A program made the translations under genes and the position numbers. Below, one piece after another: positions 1 to 12,577 of a stretch of DNA of 64,000 nt (within the stretch, counting starts at the first letter, position 1; each line of letters opens with the position of its first letter). The stretch spans positions 32,001-96,000 of the forward strand of contig CAWGSK010000002.1 in the NCBI GenBank assembly GCA_963825055.1, in the 5' to 3' direction. The notes beneath the pieces were generated by a model that saw only the letters and a list, made by a program, of their open reading frames with translations, searched no databases and was not told where the DNA came from. Source of the DNA: an uncultured Gemmatimonadales bacterium. GTDB taxonomy: Bacteria; Gemmatimonadota; Gemmatimonadetes; Gemmatimonadales; GWC2-71-9.

Positions 1-3
1 GAA

Positions 4-37
4 CAACGGTGGGCCGGGTCCTCATGGCCCACCGTTG
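4..37. terminator. GC-rich hairpin, probable terminator downstream of the flavin reductase gene
   Basis: CAACGGTGGGCC (4-15) and GGCCCACCGTTG (26-37) form a perfect 12-bp stem. Confidence 0.6.
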
Positions 38-69
38 CCTGCCTTCGGACTCGTGACCGGCCGTGGGAG

Positions 70-97
70 CACTACTCACTAGTCACTACTCACTGCT
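70..97. repeat. 7-mer tandem repeat (CACTACT-like x4; AGTAGTG on the - strand)
   Basis: cactact cactagt cactact cactgct; overlaps the flavin reductase stop codon. Confidence 0.7.
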
Positions 98-667
98 TTC
101 CGGCCACCGCGGGTCGGTGATCGCGCTGTGCCGGGCGATCTGCTCCTGGGCCTCCCGGTAGTTCCTGGCGAATTCCTCGCGCCATTCGAGCGGCAGGTTG
201 GCCCGGAAGTACTCCGCGGTCATGATATCGGCGCCAGGTCCCCGCCGGGTATTGAAGACGTCGCCCAGGAAGCAGGTGCTGGCGCCGGCGTCCATGGTGT
301 TCACGACCCGGCACTCGAAGGCCGCATAGCAGTCCCTCAGAACCGGCACTCCCCCCTCGCCGGGCTCGATTTCCAGCCCTCCCAGCTTGTCCCCATCCCT
401 CCCGCTGGCGAAGCCGAGGCGGTGAATGAGATCAAACTGCCCCCGGTGGAGCAGGTGGACGGTGAACCGGCGGCTTCCGGCCACCAGTTCGTGGCTCAGG
501 TGCCATTTGTGGATGTAGACCGCGAGGCGGGGAACCCGGGGTGAGATACTGGCCCGGATGGCGCTGTCCAGGATCATCCCGTTGCGGCATCCCCCTTGGG
601 AGGAGGTGACGGCCACCACGGGTGAGGCGAAGAGCCGGAGGAGCTCGTAAGCGGAATCGGTGAGCAT
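86..667 (-). CDS. Flavin reductase-like (DIM6/NTAB) family protein
   Basis: PVVAVT...NGM, SHELV, LGFASGRDGDK, ECRVVNTMDAG pattern; TAGATT -10-like box 6 nt before ATG. Confidence 0.85.
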   Translation of the reverse strand: MLTDSAYELLRLFASPVVAVTSSQGGCRNGMILDSAIRASISPRVPRLAVYIHKWHLSHELVAGSRRFTVHLLHRGQFDLIHRLGFASGRDGDKLGGLEIEPGEGGVPVLRDCYAAFECRVVNTMDAGASTCFLGDVFNTRRGPGADIMTAEYFRANLPLEWREEFARNYREAQEQIARHSAITDPRWPESSE

Positions 668-994
668 GGGTCAAATCTAGCCGGGAACCTTTGTTTGTTC
701 TGTCAGTGCAGTAGTTCGGCCGGGAGCGAACCCGGGGGTGCGTTCCACAGCGAAACGCAACGAGGGCCGCCGGAGGGGCATCTCAATGGGTGCCCGAAGG
801 TTCCGGGCGGCTACCGAACAGGTACCGAAATCGTTCGGCGTGAGCCCTCAAAATCGCGCAAGTGGTCCCGGAGCCACAAGTTACGTAACATGTTGATTTT
901 AGCGAGTTTATCTGTTAGATTGTCCGACTAGTTTTTTGGCAGTCCCCCAATCGGGGATCCGGGGTCGGTGGGGAATGCGCAAGGAGGCGGTGGA

Positions 995-1891
995 GTGAAA
1001 GTTGTCAAGACACGCCCGAAGCGTCGCCCGGTTCGTCCGGCGCAGATCGCCAAGGCAATAGATGAGGGGCGGGAAAGTCTCGACCTGTACCTCGACGAAA
1101 TCTCCCGCGTGCCCCTGCTCAATCGCGAAGAGGAGATGGCCCTCGCCCACAAGGCGTTCAAGGGCAACGTCGCGGCCCAGGAGAAGCTGGCGCGCCATAA
1201 CGTCCGTTTCGTGGTGTCGGTCGCGAAGAAGTTCCAGAATCGCGGCGTGCCGCTGGTGGACCTGATCGGCGAGGGCAACCTCGGCCTGATGACGGCTGCG
1301 CGGAAGTTCGACCCGAACCGTGGCGTGAAGTTCATCAGCTATGCCGTGTGGTGGATCCGACAGGCCGTCCAGGCCGCGATCGCCCGGCACGGCCGGCCCG
1401 TCCGCGTGCCGCTCAACCGGACGGCGGACCTGAACCGGCTGTCCCGAACGGTCACCCTGCTCAAGGACCGGTTCGGCCGCATGCCGACCACCGAGGAGCT
1501 GGCCCGGGCAACCGGCCTGACTCTCGAGGCGGTCCGGAGCCTGTCCGCCCTCAATTCCGAGGCGGTCCGGCTGGACCACCCGGTGCGGGACGGCGAGGGC
1601 AGTGAGCGGATCGAGCGGTTCGCCACCAACGAGCAGGAGGGGACGGACTCCTCGGCCATCGCCAACAGCCAGACCAGCTACATCGAAGCGGCCCTGGCCT
1701 CGCTCCCTCCCCGGGACGCGAAGGTCCTCCGGCTCTACTTCGGGCTGGATGACGGCAACAGCCGGACGCTGGAGGAAATCGGCCGGATGATGGGGGTCAC
1801 GCGTGAGCGGATCCGCCAGCTTCGCGACCGTGCGCTGCTGCGCCTGCGCGAGGGCGAGCAGAGCAACCGGCTGCGCGACCTGGTCGCCTGA
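995..1891 (+). CDS. Sigma-70 family (RpoD/RpoS-type) RNA polymerase sigma factor lacking region 1.1
   Basis: LDLYLDEISRVPLL (1.2), DLIGEGNLGL, KFISYAVWWIRQA (2.x), TLEEIG..GVTRERIRQ (4.2); AAGGAGG RBS at 981-987 favours GTG 995. Confidence 0.95.
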   Translation: MKVVKTRPKRRPVRPAQIAKAIDEGRESLDLYLDEISRVPLLNREEEMALAHKAFKGNVAAQEKLARHNVRFVVSVAKKFQNRGVPLVDLIGEGNLGLMTAARKFDPNRGVKFISYAVWWIRQAVQAAIARHGRPVRVPLNRTADLNRLSRTVTLLKDRFGRMPTTEELARATGLTLEAVRSLSALNSEAVRLDHPVRDGEGSERIERFATNEQEGTDSSAIANSQTSYIEAALASLPPRDAKVLRLYFGLDDGNSRTLEEIGRMMGVTRERIRQLRDRALLRLREGEQSNRLRDLVA

Positions 1892-1909
1892 CGCAGCCGG
1901 CGTGACGAG

Positions 1910-1945
1910 AACGCCCCCGGAACCTGATGGTTCCGGGGGCGTTTT
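1910..1945. terminator. Intrinsic terminator between convergent sigma gene and acnA
   Basis: AACGCCCCCGGAACC-TGAT-GGTTCCGGGGGCGTT 15-bp stem followed by TT. Confidence 0.85.
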
Positions 1946-1962
1946 GCGTGGGGGATCCGCGG

Positions 1963-4746
<2,784 letters not shown>

Positions 4747-4842
4747 GGGTTGCGTGACCTGGAGTCAGAGGAAAAGTTTCCCCAGAACATAACACCCCCG
4801 CGCCCGGCCTCAGCCGCGCCTTCCCCCGACCTTCGGATGCTC

Positions 4843-5175
4843 ATGGCTTCCTCCGCACCCCAGTCAATCACCCGGCGCGACGACGGCCTGCTCGTTCTCT
4901 GGGAGGAGGGGCACGAAGCCCTGCTTCCCGCGCGGACGCTCCGCCTGGCATGCCCCTGCGCCGGATGCGTCGAGGAGATGACGGGGCGGCCGCTGCTGGA
5001 CCCGGCCTCGGTCCCGGACACGATCAGGCCGGTGGCCCTTTCACTGGTCGGGGGGTACGGCCTCAAGATCACCTGGAGTGACCGGCACGACACGGGGATC
5101 TACACCTTTGCGCATCTGCGGCGGACCTGCCCGTGCCCGCGTTGCCATCCGGAGCGGGCGGTGTCGGGAACCTGA
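4843..5175 (+). CDS. DUF971 / GBBH-N-like domain protein
   Basis: LRLACPCAGC, LVGGYGLKITWSDRHDTGIYTF signature; start may be 4837. Confidence 0.85.
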   Translation: MASSAPQSITRRDDGLLVLWEEGHEALLPARTLRLACPCAGCVEEMTGRPLLDPASVPDTIRPVALSLVGGYGLKITWSDRHDTGIYTFAHLRRTCPCPRCHPERAVSGT

Positions 5176-5284
5176 CCCGCAGGACAAGGGGGTTGCGCCT
5201 TCCGGAAAAAACTGAATACTCCATCCCGGCGCCGCGCACGCCGGGTCTCGCCGCTGCGGCCCTTCCCACATCGCGGGCTTCTGC

Positions 5285-5572
5285 ATGCTCTTTGGCCGGA
5301 CGGTCTGGATCGTCATCTGGTGTGGCATCCTTCTCCTCGGGGTGGTGGGGCTGTTCGCCTCCCTCTACTGGGGCAGGCAGACCCATTACCGGAACCTGGA
5401 CGAGATCATCCGCGCATGCGGGACCATACTCGTCTCGACGGGGTTCATCTTCCTCATCCTGTCCTTCTGGACCCTCCTTGCCCAGGGGCTTCTCGTCGTG
5501 GCCCTTGGTTGTTTCGTGGCCGCATTCATCCTCGGCCGACGGACTGCCGAACCCCACCCGCCCGTGGAGTGA
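5285..5572 (+). CDS. Small hypothetical membrane protein (about 3 TM)
   Basis: 95 aa with three hydrophobic stretches; fills gap between + strand genes. Confidence 0.7.
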   Translation: MLFGRTVWIVIWCGILLLGVVGLFASLYWGRQTHYRNLDEIIRACGTILVSTGFIFLILSFWTLLAQGLLVVALGCFVAAFILGRRTAEPHPPVE

Positions 5573-5724
5573 ACGGGAACCTCCCGCCGCGTCGCGCTGT
5601 TGTACCCCCCAGGCGGCTCTTGCGCCGTCCAGTGGCCGTCTTATCTATTCGACGGGCCGACGTCGTGCGCGTCCCCCGCTCCGCGCAGCAGCAGTGACCT
5701 CCGCCTCCCGAACCGAGGACCGTC

Positions 5725-6222
5725 ATGGCTGATGACCAGCAGTCCCTGTCCCGCGAAGGTGCCGAGGCCGGCGTCCTGGGCGCCCTGGCCGTGGCGCTCT
5801 GGTTCCTGCTGCTCGATGCCCTGCATGGGCAACCGTTCCTTACGCCTTCGTTGCTGGGGCAGGTGGTGCTGTTCGGCCGGGACACGCCCGCGATGGCCGC
5901 GGTCCCCGAGGCTATCGCGGCCTATACCGGCGTGCATTTCCTCGCCTTCGTGATTCTGGGCGTGGCGGTGGCGCGCATCGTGGACCTGGCAACGCACGAG
6001 CCGGTCTTCCGCTTCCTATTGTTCATGCTGTTCGTCGTGTTCGAGGTATTCTTCCTCGGCGTGACCTACATCTTCTTCGCCCAGACGGCCGGCGTGTTTC
6101 CGTGGTGGTCGATCCTGGTGGCAAATACCCTGGCCGCCGTCGCGATGACGGTCTACTTCCGCTACCGGCATCCCACGCTGGCGCAGGCGCGAGGCGAGCC
6201 ACTGGGTGCGGAGACCACCTGA
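5725..6222 (+). CDS. Hypothetical membrane protein (about 4 TM)
   Basis: GAGGA RBS; hydrophobic helices; TPSLLG and YTGVH segments. Confidence 0.75.
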   Translation: MADDQQSLSREGAEAGVLGALAVALWFLLLDALHGQPFLTPSLLGQVVLFGRDTPAMAAVPEAIAAYTGVHFLAFVILGVAVARIVDLATHEPVFRFLLFMLFVVFEVFFLGVTYIFFAQTAGVFPWWSILVANTLAAVAMTVYFRYRHPTLAQARGEPLGAETT

Positions 6223-6259
6223 GCGCCTGGCTGGCGTCCTCGAACACCCAAAGGGCTCG

Positions 6260-8806
6260 ATGACGCATCGAGCCCTTTGCGTGCGCATTCTCGGGTGGGC
6301 CACTGCCCTGTGCCTTGGCGCGGCTGCCGTCGCTCCGCCTCTCGCCGCACAGCTCGGGCCGCCGGGAACCGGTGGCCTCGTCACGATCGACCAGGCGCTC
6401 CGGCGCCTGGGGCCGGTGCGCCGGGTCCTCATGATCGGGGCCCATCCCGACGATGAGGACACCGAACTCCTCACCATCCTGACCCGGGGCATCGGGGCCG
6501 AGGCCGCCTACCTCTCGCTGAATCGGGGAGAGGGCGGCCAGAACCTCATTGGCAATGAACTGGGCGAGGACCTGGGACTCCTCCGGACGGAGGAGCTGAT
6601 GGGGGCGCGCACGGTGGACGGCGCGCGGCAGTTCTTTACGCGGGCATATGATTTCGGGTTTACCAAGACCCTGGACGAGACGTGGCGGTTCTGGCCGCGT
6701 GACTCCTTGCTGAAGGACGTGGTCCGCGTGATCCGGGCCTTTCGGCCGCAGGTGATCGTGTCGGTCTTCAGCGGTACACCGCGCGACGGGCACGGCCAGC
6801 ACCAGGCGGCGGGATGGCTGGCCCGTCGCGCGTTCGACGCCGCGGCAGACCCGGCCCTCTTCCCCGATGCCGGGGCTCCCTGGACACCAGCCCGACTGTA
6901 CCGCAGCACACGCTTCGACACCGCCGCGACGACCCTGAGGCTCGCCGGCGGGAGGCTCGACCCGGCGCTGGGCTCGTCATTCCACCAGCTCGCCATGGAA
7001 GGCCGCAGCCTCCACCGCTCGCAGGACATGGGACAGCTGCAGGAGATCGGGCCCTCCACCGTCCGGCTCGCCCTGCTCGAGGACCGCGCGCCGGGCGGAG
7101 GCGGGAATGACGGGATTTTCGACGGCATCGAGACCCGGCTCGACGGCAACCGCGCGGAAGCGGATCGGTACCGCGCCAGGATCGATTCCGCCCGCGCCCT
7201 GGTGAACCCGGAAACGCTGCCGGCCCTGGCCGCCATGCTGGACCGGGCGCGGCAGGACCTCGCGGCCCTGTCGGACGGCCCCCATCCGGTTGCGGTCGCC
7301 GACCAGCTGGGCCATCTCGACCAGGCGATCTTTGCCGCCCGCGGCCTCGTGGTCGATGCGCTTGCGCCGGACGCGGGGCTGGTCGCGGGTCAGGCGGTCG
7401 ATATCACCGTCTCGGTCTGGAATACGGGGGACTCCGCCGCCACCGTCCGGATGGAGCTCCAGTCGCGGGTGGCCGACAATCCTCCGGCCTGGTCCCGCGG
7501 CGCGGCGGGATGCGCGACCATCGCCGCCGGGACGGTACGGCGCGAATCATTCCACGTGGTGATCCCGCCCACCGCCCGGCCCACTTCCCCCTCGTGGCTC
7601 GACCAGCCCCGGAACGGCGCGCTGTACCCCACGGCCAGGGCGCAGTTCCCCCGTGATCCCCCGCTGCTCGAGGCACATGTCACGCGGTGTGGCGCCGTGC
7701 CTGCCTCCGCGGTGCGTGAGGTGGTCTACCGGACCAGGGACCAGTCACGCGGGGAGGTCCGGACACCACTCCGGGTAGTGCCGCGGGTCGAGGTGGCACT
7801 CGACCCTGCGGTGGAGATCTGGTCCAGCACGCGCCCTGTCACGCACACCTTCACCGTGACGCTGACCCGTCGCGCACCCGACCCCGTCCGCGGTACGGTG
7901 GGGCTGGAACTGCCCGCCGGCTGGCCCGCGGTCGAGCCGCGGCCCTTCTCCCTGACGGAGCCTGGGGAGCGCGAGAGCTGGGCCTTCCAGGTGACGCAGC
8001 CCCCGGGGGTGAGCGAGGCGGACGTCACCGTGCGCGCCTGGGCGCGGGACACGGCGGGACGCCGGTACGACCTGGGTATCCGCACGGTGGACTACCCTCA
8101 TATCCGTTCGAGGGCGCACGCCGTGCCCGCAGCGGCGGAGATCCATGTCGCCCCGATCGCGTTCCCGCGACTGTCACGGGTCGGCTACGTCCGGGGAGCG
8201 GCCGATCGTGTGCCCGAGGCGCTGCGGAGCGTCGGCCTGCCCGTTGAAATGCTGGATCGCGAGGCACTCGAGCGGGGAGACCTGTCGCGCTATGACGCCA
8301 TCATCGTGGGAAGCCGGGCGTACGAAACCGACACGGCCCTGGTCGAGAACAATCCCCGCCTGCTCGGGTATGTGCGGGCCGGCGGACTCCTGATCGTGCA
8401 GTACCAGCAGTACCCCTTCTTCGACGGCCACTACGCGCCGTATCCGATGACGCTCGCGAGTCCGCACGACCGCGTGACGGACGAAACCGCCCGGGTGGAA
8501 GTCCTCCCGGGTGGACGGCGACTCCTGGCCGCCCCCAACCGCATAGGGGACGCCGACTGGGACGGATGGGTCCAGGAACGGGGCCTCTACTTCGCCCATT
8601 CCTGGGACGACGCGTATACGCCCGCCCTGGAATTGCATGATCCGGGCGAGCCTCCCCTCAGGGGTGGCCTGCTCGTTGCGCCCGTGGGGAAGGGTACGTG
8701 GGTCTACACCGGCCTCAGTTTCTTCCGGGAGCTGCCCGCCGGCGTGACCGGTGCCATGCGGCTCTTCGCCAACCTCCTCGGCCTCGGCTCGGCGCCGGTG
8801 CCGTGA
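6260..8806 (+). CDS. Secreted PIG-L/LmbE family deacetylase with C-terminal Ig-like and glutamine-amidotransferase-like regions
   Basis: Signal peptide; GAHPDDED, RGEGGQN, HGQHQ, HRSQ motifs; WVQERGLYF C-terminal motif. Confidence 0.9.
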   Translation: MTHRALCVRILGWATALCLGAAAVAPPLAAQLGPPGTGGLVTIDQALRRLGPVRRVLMIGAHPDDEDTELLTILTRGIGAEAAYLSLNRGEGGQNLIGNELGEDLGLLRTEELMGARTVDGARQFFTRAYDFGFTKTLDETWRFWPRDSLLKDVVRVIRAFRPQVIVSVFSGTPRDGHGQHQAAGWLARRAFDAAADPALFPDAGAPWTPARLYRSTRFDTAATTLRLAGGRLDPALGSSFHQLAMEGRSLHRSQDMGQLQEIGPSTVRLALLEDRAPGGGGNDGIFDGIETRLDGNRAEADRYRARIDSARALVNPETLPALAAMLDRARQDLAALSDGPHPVAVADQLGHLDQAIFAARGLVVDALAPDAGLVAGQAVDITVSVWNTGDSAATVRMELQSRVADNPPAWSRGAAGCATIAAGTVRRESFHVVIPPTARPTSPSWLDQPRNGALYPTARAQFPRDPPLLEAHVTRCGAVPASAVREVVYRTRDQSRGEVRTPLRVVPRVEVALDPAVEIWSSTRPVTHTFTVTLTRRAPDPVRGTVGLELPAGWPAVEPRPFSLTEPGERESWAFQVTQPPGVSEADVTVRAWARDTAGRRYDLGIRTVDYPHIRSRAHAVPAAAEIHVAPIAFPRLSRVGYVRGAADRVPEALRSVGLPVEMLDREALERGDLSRYDAIIVGSRAYETDTALVENNPRLLGYVRAGGLLIVQYQQYPFFDGHYAPYPMTLASPHDRVTDETARVEVLPGGRRLLAAPNRIGDADWDGWVQERGLYFAHSWDDAYTPALELHDPGEPPLRGGLLVAPVGKGTWVYTGLSFFRELPAGVTGAMRLFANLLGLGSAPVP

Positions 8807-9864
8807 CCGCCCGCCGCGCCGGGGCCGTCGCCGCTCTGCTGCTCCTCCTGGTCACGGCATGCGGGAACGACGGCCGTACCACGGTCACGGTCTACAGCCC
8901 GCACGGGCGCGACCAGCTCCTCCTCCTGGAACATGCGTTCGAGCGCGAGCATCCGGATATCGACATGCGCTGGCTGTACATGGGCAGCCAGGAAATCCTC
9001 GACCGGATCCGGTTCGAGCGGGTCAACCCGCAGGCCGACGTGTGGTTTGGCGGCCCGGCAACGATCTTCGATCGGGCGGTGGCGGAATCGCTCCTGACCC
9101 CGTACCGGCCGGATTGGGCCGGTGCCGTGGATCCCGACGCCATCGGGCCACGCGATTTCTACTTTCCGGTTTATCGCACGCCGGCCGTGATCGCGTTCAA
9201 CAGCGACGCGCTCACCCGGGAGGAGGCCCCGCAGGACTGGGACGACGTCCTGGAACCGCGGTGGAAGGGCAAGGTGCTGATCCGCGACCCGGTTGCCAGC
9301 GGCACCATGCGGGCCATCTGGGGATTGATCATCGAGCGGTCGATGCGCTGGCCCGGAGACACCGCGCCCGGCATGGCCTGGCTCCGCCGCCTCGACGCGC
9401 AGACGGCGGCGTACACCCTGAACCCTGCCGTCCTTGACGAAAAGCTGGCGCGGCAGGAGGGGCTGGTGACCCTCTGGGACCTGCCGGACATCCTGATCAG
9501 CCGTTCCAAGGGGATGCCGTTCGACTATCTCTTCCCCGCCAGCGGCACCGTCGTGATCAACGACGCGATCGCCCTGGTCAGGGGAACGGAACATCCCGGG
9601 GCGGCCCAGACGTTCATCGACTTCGTCGGCAGCCCCGAGGCGCAGATTCTCACCGCGCGTGAGGTCTTCCGCCTTCCGGCGCGGCTCGACCTGCCTCCCG
9701 ATTCCGTGCCGGAGTGGGTGGCGGAGGTTGGCCGCGCCATGACCATCGTGCCGCTCGACTGGGAGCGGCTCTCCGAGGAGGGCCCCGTGTGGATGGGGTA
9801 CTGGGACCAGCACGTGCGGGGCTCGGGAGCCTCGGCGCGGCGGGCAGGGAAGGACTCGACGTGA
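8803..9864 (+). CDS. ABC transporter substrate-binding lipoprotein (Fe3+/thiamine-type)
   Basis: Lipobox VTAC; NPQADVWFGG; DPVASGT; GTGA overlap with upstream stop. Confidence 0.88.
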   Translation: MTARRAGAVAALLLLLVTACGNDGRTTVTVYSPHGRDQLLLLEHAFEREHPDIDMRWLYMGSQEILDRIRFERVNPQADVWFGGPATIFDRAVAESLLTPYRPDWAGAVDPDAIGPRDFYFPVYRTPAVIAFNSDALTREEAPQDWDDVLEPRWKGKVLIRDPVASGTMRAIWGLIIERSMRWPGDTAPGMAWLRRLDAQTAAYTLNPAVLDEKLARQEGLVTLWDLPDILISRSKGMPFDYLFPASGTVVINDAIALVRGTEHPGAAQTFIDFVGSPEAQILTAREVFRLPARLDLPPDSVPEWVAEVGRAMTIVPLDWERLSEEGPVWMGYWDQHVRGSGASARRAGKDST

Positions 9865-10925
9865 GCGCCTACCTCGAGCTTGACCATCTCGTGAAGGATT
9901 TCGCGGGACACCGCGCGGTCGACGACGTGACCCTGTCCATCCGGCGGGGGGAAATCCTGGCGCTGCTGGGCCCGAGCGGCAGCGGCAAGACCACGACCCT
10001 GCGCCTGCTCGCCGGGTTCGAGTCACCCGACAGCGGGCGGGTCCTTCTCGAGGGGAAGGACGTCACCGCCGTGGCGCCGGTGGAGCGCCATTTCGGTATG
10101 GTCTTCCAGCATTACGCCCTGTTTCCCCACCTCACCGTTGGCCGGAACGTCGCGTTCGGCCTCGAGTCGCGCGGCGTGGAAGGCGCGGAACTCGAGCGCC
10201 GCGTCGCGGAGTCGCTGTCGCTGGTTGACCTCGCAGGCTTCGAGGCCCGGCGGATCCAGCAACTCTCCGGCGGCCAGCAGCAGCGTGTCGCGCTGGCCCG
10301 CGCGCTGGCCCCCGAGCCGCTCGTGCTCCTGCTGGATGAACCCCTCTCGAATCTCGACCCGGCGCTCCGGGAACGAACCCGGCGGGAGATCCGGGAGGTG
10401 ATCGGGCGAGTGGGAATCACTACCGTCCTCGTCACGCATGAGCAGGAGGAGGCCTTCGATCTTGGCGATCGCATCGCACTGCTCCGGGATGGCCGGGTGG
10501 AGCAGGTCGGAACCGCGGATGACCTCTACGCCCGGCCGTCGAGCATCTTCGTGGCCGGATTCATCGGCCGAGCGAGCCGACTGCCGGTGACGCTGTCGCC
10601 CGGCGAGGATGGCGCCATGCGGGCACGGATCGAGGGTGTCGAGTGGACCGTGCCATCCGCGCCCCAGCCGCTGGCGGCGGGAGACGGGGCGGTCCTGATG
10701 GCCCGGCCCGAGGGGCTCCGCTTCACGGATCGGGACGGCGCGCTCCGGGGCAGGGTGACTGCGCGGCGGTTCACCGGGGCAAGCGCGCTCTTCACCGTCC
10801 GCACGGCCGGGGGCAACGTGCTGGAGGTCCTGGCAGCGCCCGGGGCCTCCGCCGTGGGCGACGAGGTGGGCATCGAACCACGCGAGGGCGGACTGCATCT
10901 GTACGCCGACGGAGCGGCACATTGA
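9861..10925 (+). CDS. ABC transporter ATP-binding protein (FbpC/PotA-like)
   Basis: GPSGSGKT Walker A, LSGGQQQR, LLLDEP, TOBE-like tail. Confidence 0.93.
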   Translation: MSAYLELDHLVKDFAGHRAVDDVTLSIRRGEILALLGPSGSGKTTTLRLLAGFESPDSGRVLLEGKDVTAVAPVERHFGMVFQHYALFPHLTVGRNVAFGLESRGVEGAELERRVAESLSLVDLAGFEARRIQQLSGGQQQRVALARALAPEPLVLLLDEPLSNLDPALRERTRREIREVIGRVGITTVLVTHEQEEAFDLGDRIALLRDGRVEQVGTADDLYARPSSIFVAGFIGRASRLPVTLSPGEDGAMRARIEGVEWTVPSAPQPLAAGDGAVLMARPEGLRFTDRDGALRGRVTARRFTGASALFTVRTAGGNVLEVLAAPGASAVGDEVGIEPREGGLHLYADGAAH

Positions 10926-12577
10926 CCCGGCCCGGGCTCCGCGCCGCCGGCGTCCTCCTGCTTCTCGTGCTCCTCTGGCTGGTGGCGTACCCCCTGGTGC
11001 TCGTGGCATTCGAGAGTTTCCGCGGGATTGAGGGCTGGACCCTCGAGTTCTACCGGCGGTTCATCGCCCGGCCCAACGAGTGGAAGGCGCTCTGGGGATC
11101 GATCTGGATCTCCGTCGCCACCGTCGGCCTCTCGGCCATGATCGGCATTCCGCTGGCCTGGCTGATGAGCCGCTTCGAGTTTCCCGGGCGCCGGCTGCTG
11201 GGCGTGCTGGTGGCCCTGCCGGTCGTGCTGCCGCCACTCGTGGGCGTGATCGCCTTCCTGTTTCTCTTCGGGGAATCCGGCTTCATCGCGCGGGCGCTGA
11301 CCCACCTCTCGGGTGCGAGCGAGCCGCCGTGGCGCCTTCAGGGCGCGGGCGCGATCCTGCTGGTGCATGCCTACTCGATGTACGTGTACTTCTACCTCTT
11401 CACCCGCGCCGGACTTGCCAGCCTGGACCCGTCCCTGCTGGAGGCGGCCTCCGCCCTGGGCGCGGGGCGGATGCGCACCGTGCGACGGGTCGTGCTGCCG
11501 ATGCTCCGGCCCAGCCTGGCGGGCGCGGCCATCCTTACGTTCATGACCTCCCTCGCCTCCTTCAGTGCACCGTACATCTTCGGGGGCGGTTTCCGGGTCA
11601 TGACGACCCAGATCATCTCTACACGGCTCAACGGTGACACCACGATGGCCATGGTGGAGACCATGTCCCTCACGATGGTCGCCCTGCTCGGGCTGTGGCT
11701 GCTGCGGAAAACCGAGGGACGCGAGTCGCTTGCGGGAAGCCGGCAGGGGAGTGGGCGCTTCCTCCGCCCGGTCCGCTCTCCCGGGCGCCGGACCCTCCTG
11801 ACTGCCGGGGCCTGGCTCGTGGGCCTGGGCCTTCTCCTGCCGCATGTCACGCTCATCGTGCTCTCGTTCGTTCCCATCGGGACCTGGACGACGCAGGTCA
11901 TTCCCCCGGAGTACACCCTGGGCAACTACGGGGCCCTGATGGGAGAACCCGAGCGTTTCCGTCCGCTGGCGAACAGCCTCTGGATGGCGACGTTCGCCAC
12001 CGTTGGTGCGGTCGGCCTGGCGGTGGCCGCCGGGCTCGTGTGCGTCCGGAGGCGGGTGACGGGCGCCGGTGCGATCGAGAGCCTTCTCGCGCTGCCATGG
12101 GCGGTACCGGGAACGGTGTTTGCCATCGCGCTGGCGACGATGTTCAGCGTCTCCGCCCCGTGGAGCGGGCGCGTGATCCTGATCGGCACCCTGTGGATCC
12201 TCCCGCTCGCCTACCTGATCCGGAACCTTCCGCTGGCCAGCCGTCCGGTGCTCGCAGGCTTCCGCGCGCTCGATCCCTCGCTCGAAGAGGCCGCCGCGAG
12301 CCTCGGTGCAGGACGCTGGCGCACGCTCCGGCGGGTGACCCTGCCGCTGCTCCGCCCGGCTATTGCCGCCGGAGCAACGCTCGCGTTCGCCACCGCGCTC
12401 GGCGATTTCGTGACCTCCGTGATGCTGTACACCTATGACACCCGGCCGATCTCGCTCGAGATCCTCGGCAGCCTGCGCCAGTCGGACGTCGGCGTCGCCG
12501 CAGCCTACGGGGTCCTGCTCATGGCGGTCAGCACGCTGGTGTTCGCGCTTGGCTCCGAGCGCCAGGTTGCCGGCTGA
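10922..12577 (+). CDS. ABC transporter permease with two repeats (FbpB-like)
   Basis: Two EAA loops (LLEAASALGA, LEEAAASLGA); about 12 TM; TTGA overlap. Confidence 0.92.
   Translation: MTRPGLRAAGVLLLLVLLWLVAYPLVLVAFESFRGIEGWTLEFYRRFIARPNEWKALWGSIWISVATVGLSAMIGIPLAWLMSRFEFPGRRLLGVLVALPVVLPPLVGVIAFLFLFGESGFIARALTHLSGASEPPWRLQGAGAILLVHAYSMYVYFYLFTRAGLASLDPSLLEAASALGAGRMRTVRRVVLPMLRPSLAGAAILTFMTSLASFSAPYIFGGGFRVMTTQIISTRLNGDTTMAMVETMSLTMVALLGLWLLRKTEGRESLAGSRQGSGRFLRPVRSPGRRTLLTAGAWLVGLGLLLPHVTLIVLSFVPIGTWTTQVIPPEYTLGNYGALMGEPERFRPLANSLWMATFATVGAVGLAVAAGLVCVRRRVTGAGAIESLLALPWAVPGTVFAIALATMFSVSAPWSGRVILIGTLWILPLAYLIRNLPLASRPVLAGFRALDPSLEEAAASLGAGRWRTLRRVTLPLLRPAIAAGATLAFATALGDFVTSVMLYTYDTRPISLEILGSLRQSDVGVAAAYGVLLMAVSTLVFALGSERQVAG

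Noticed and set aside
880..889. Palindrome GTTACGTAAC upstream of the sigma gene as a specific regulator site
   Set aside because: Single 10-bp occurrence that cannot be assigned to a factor.
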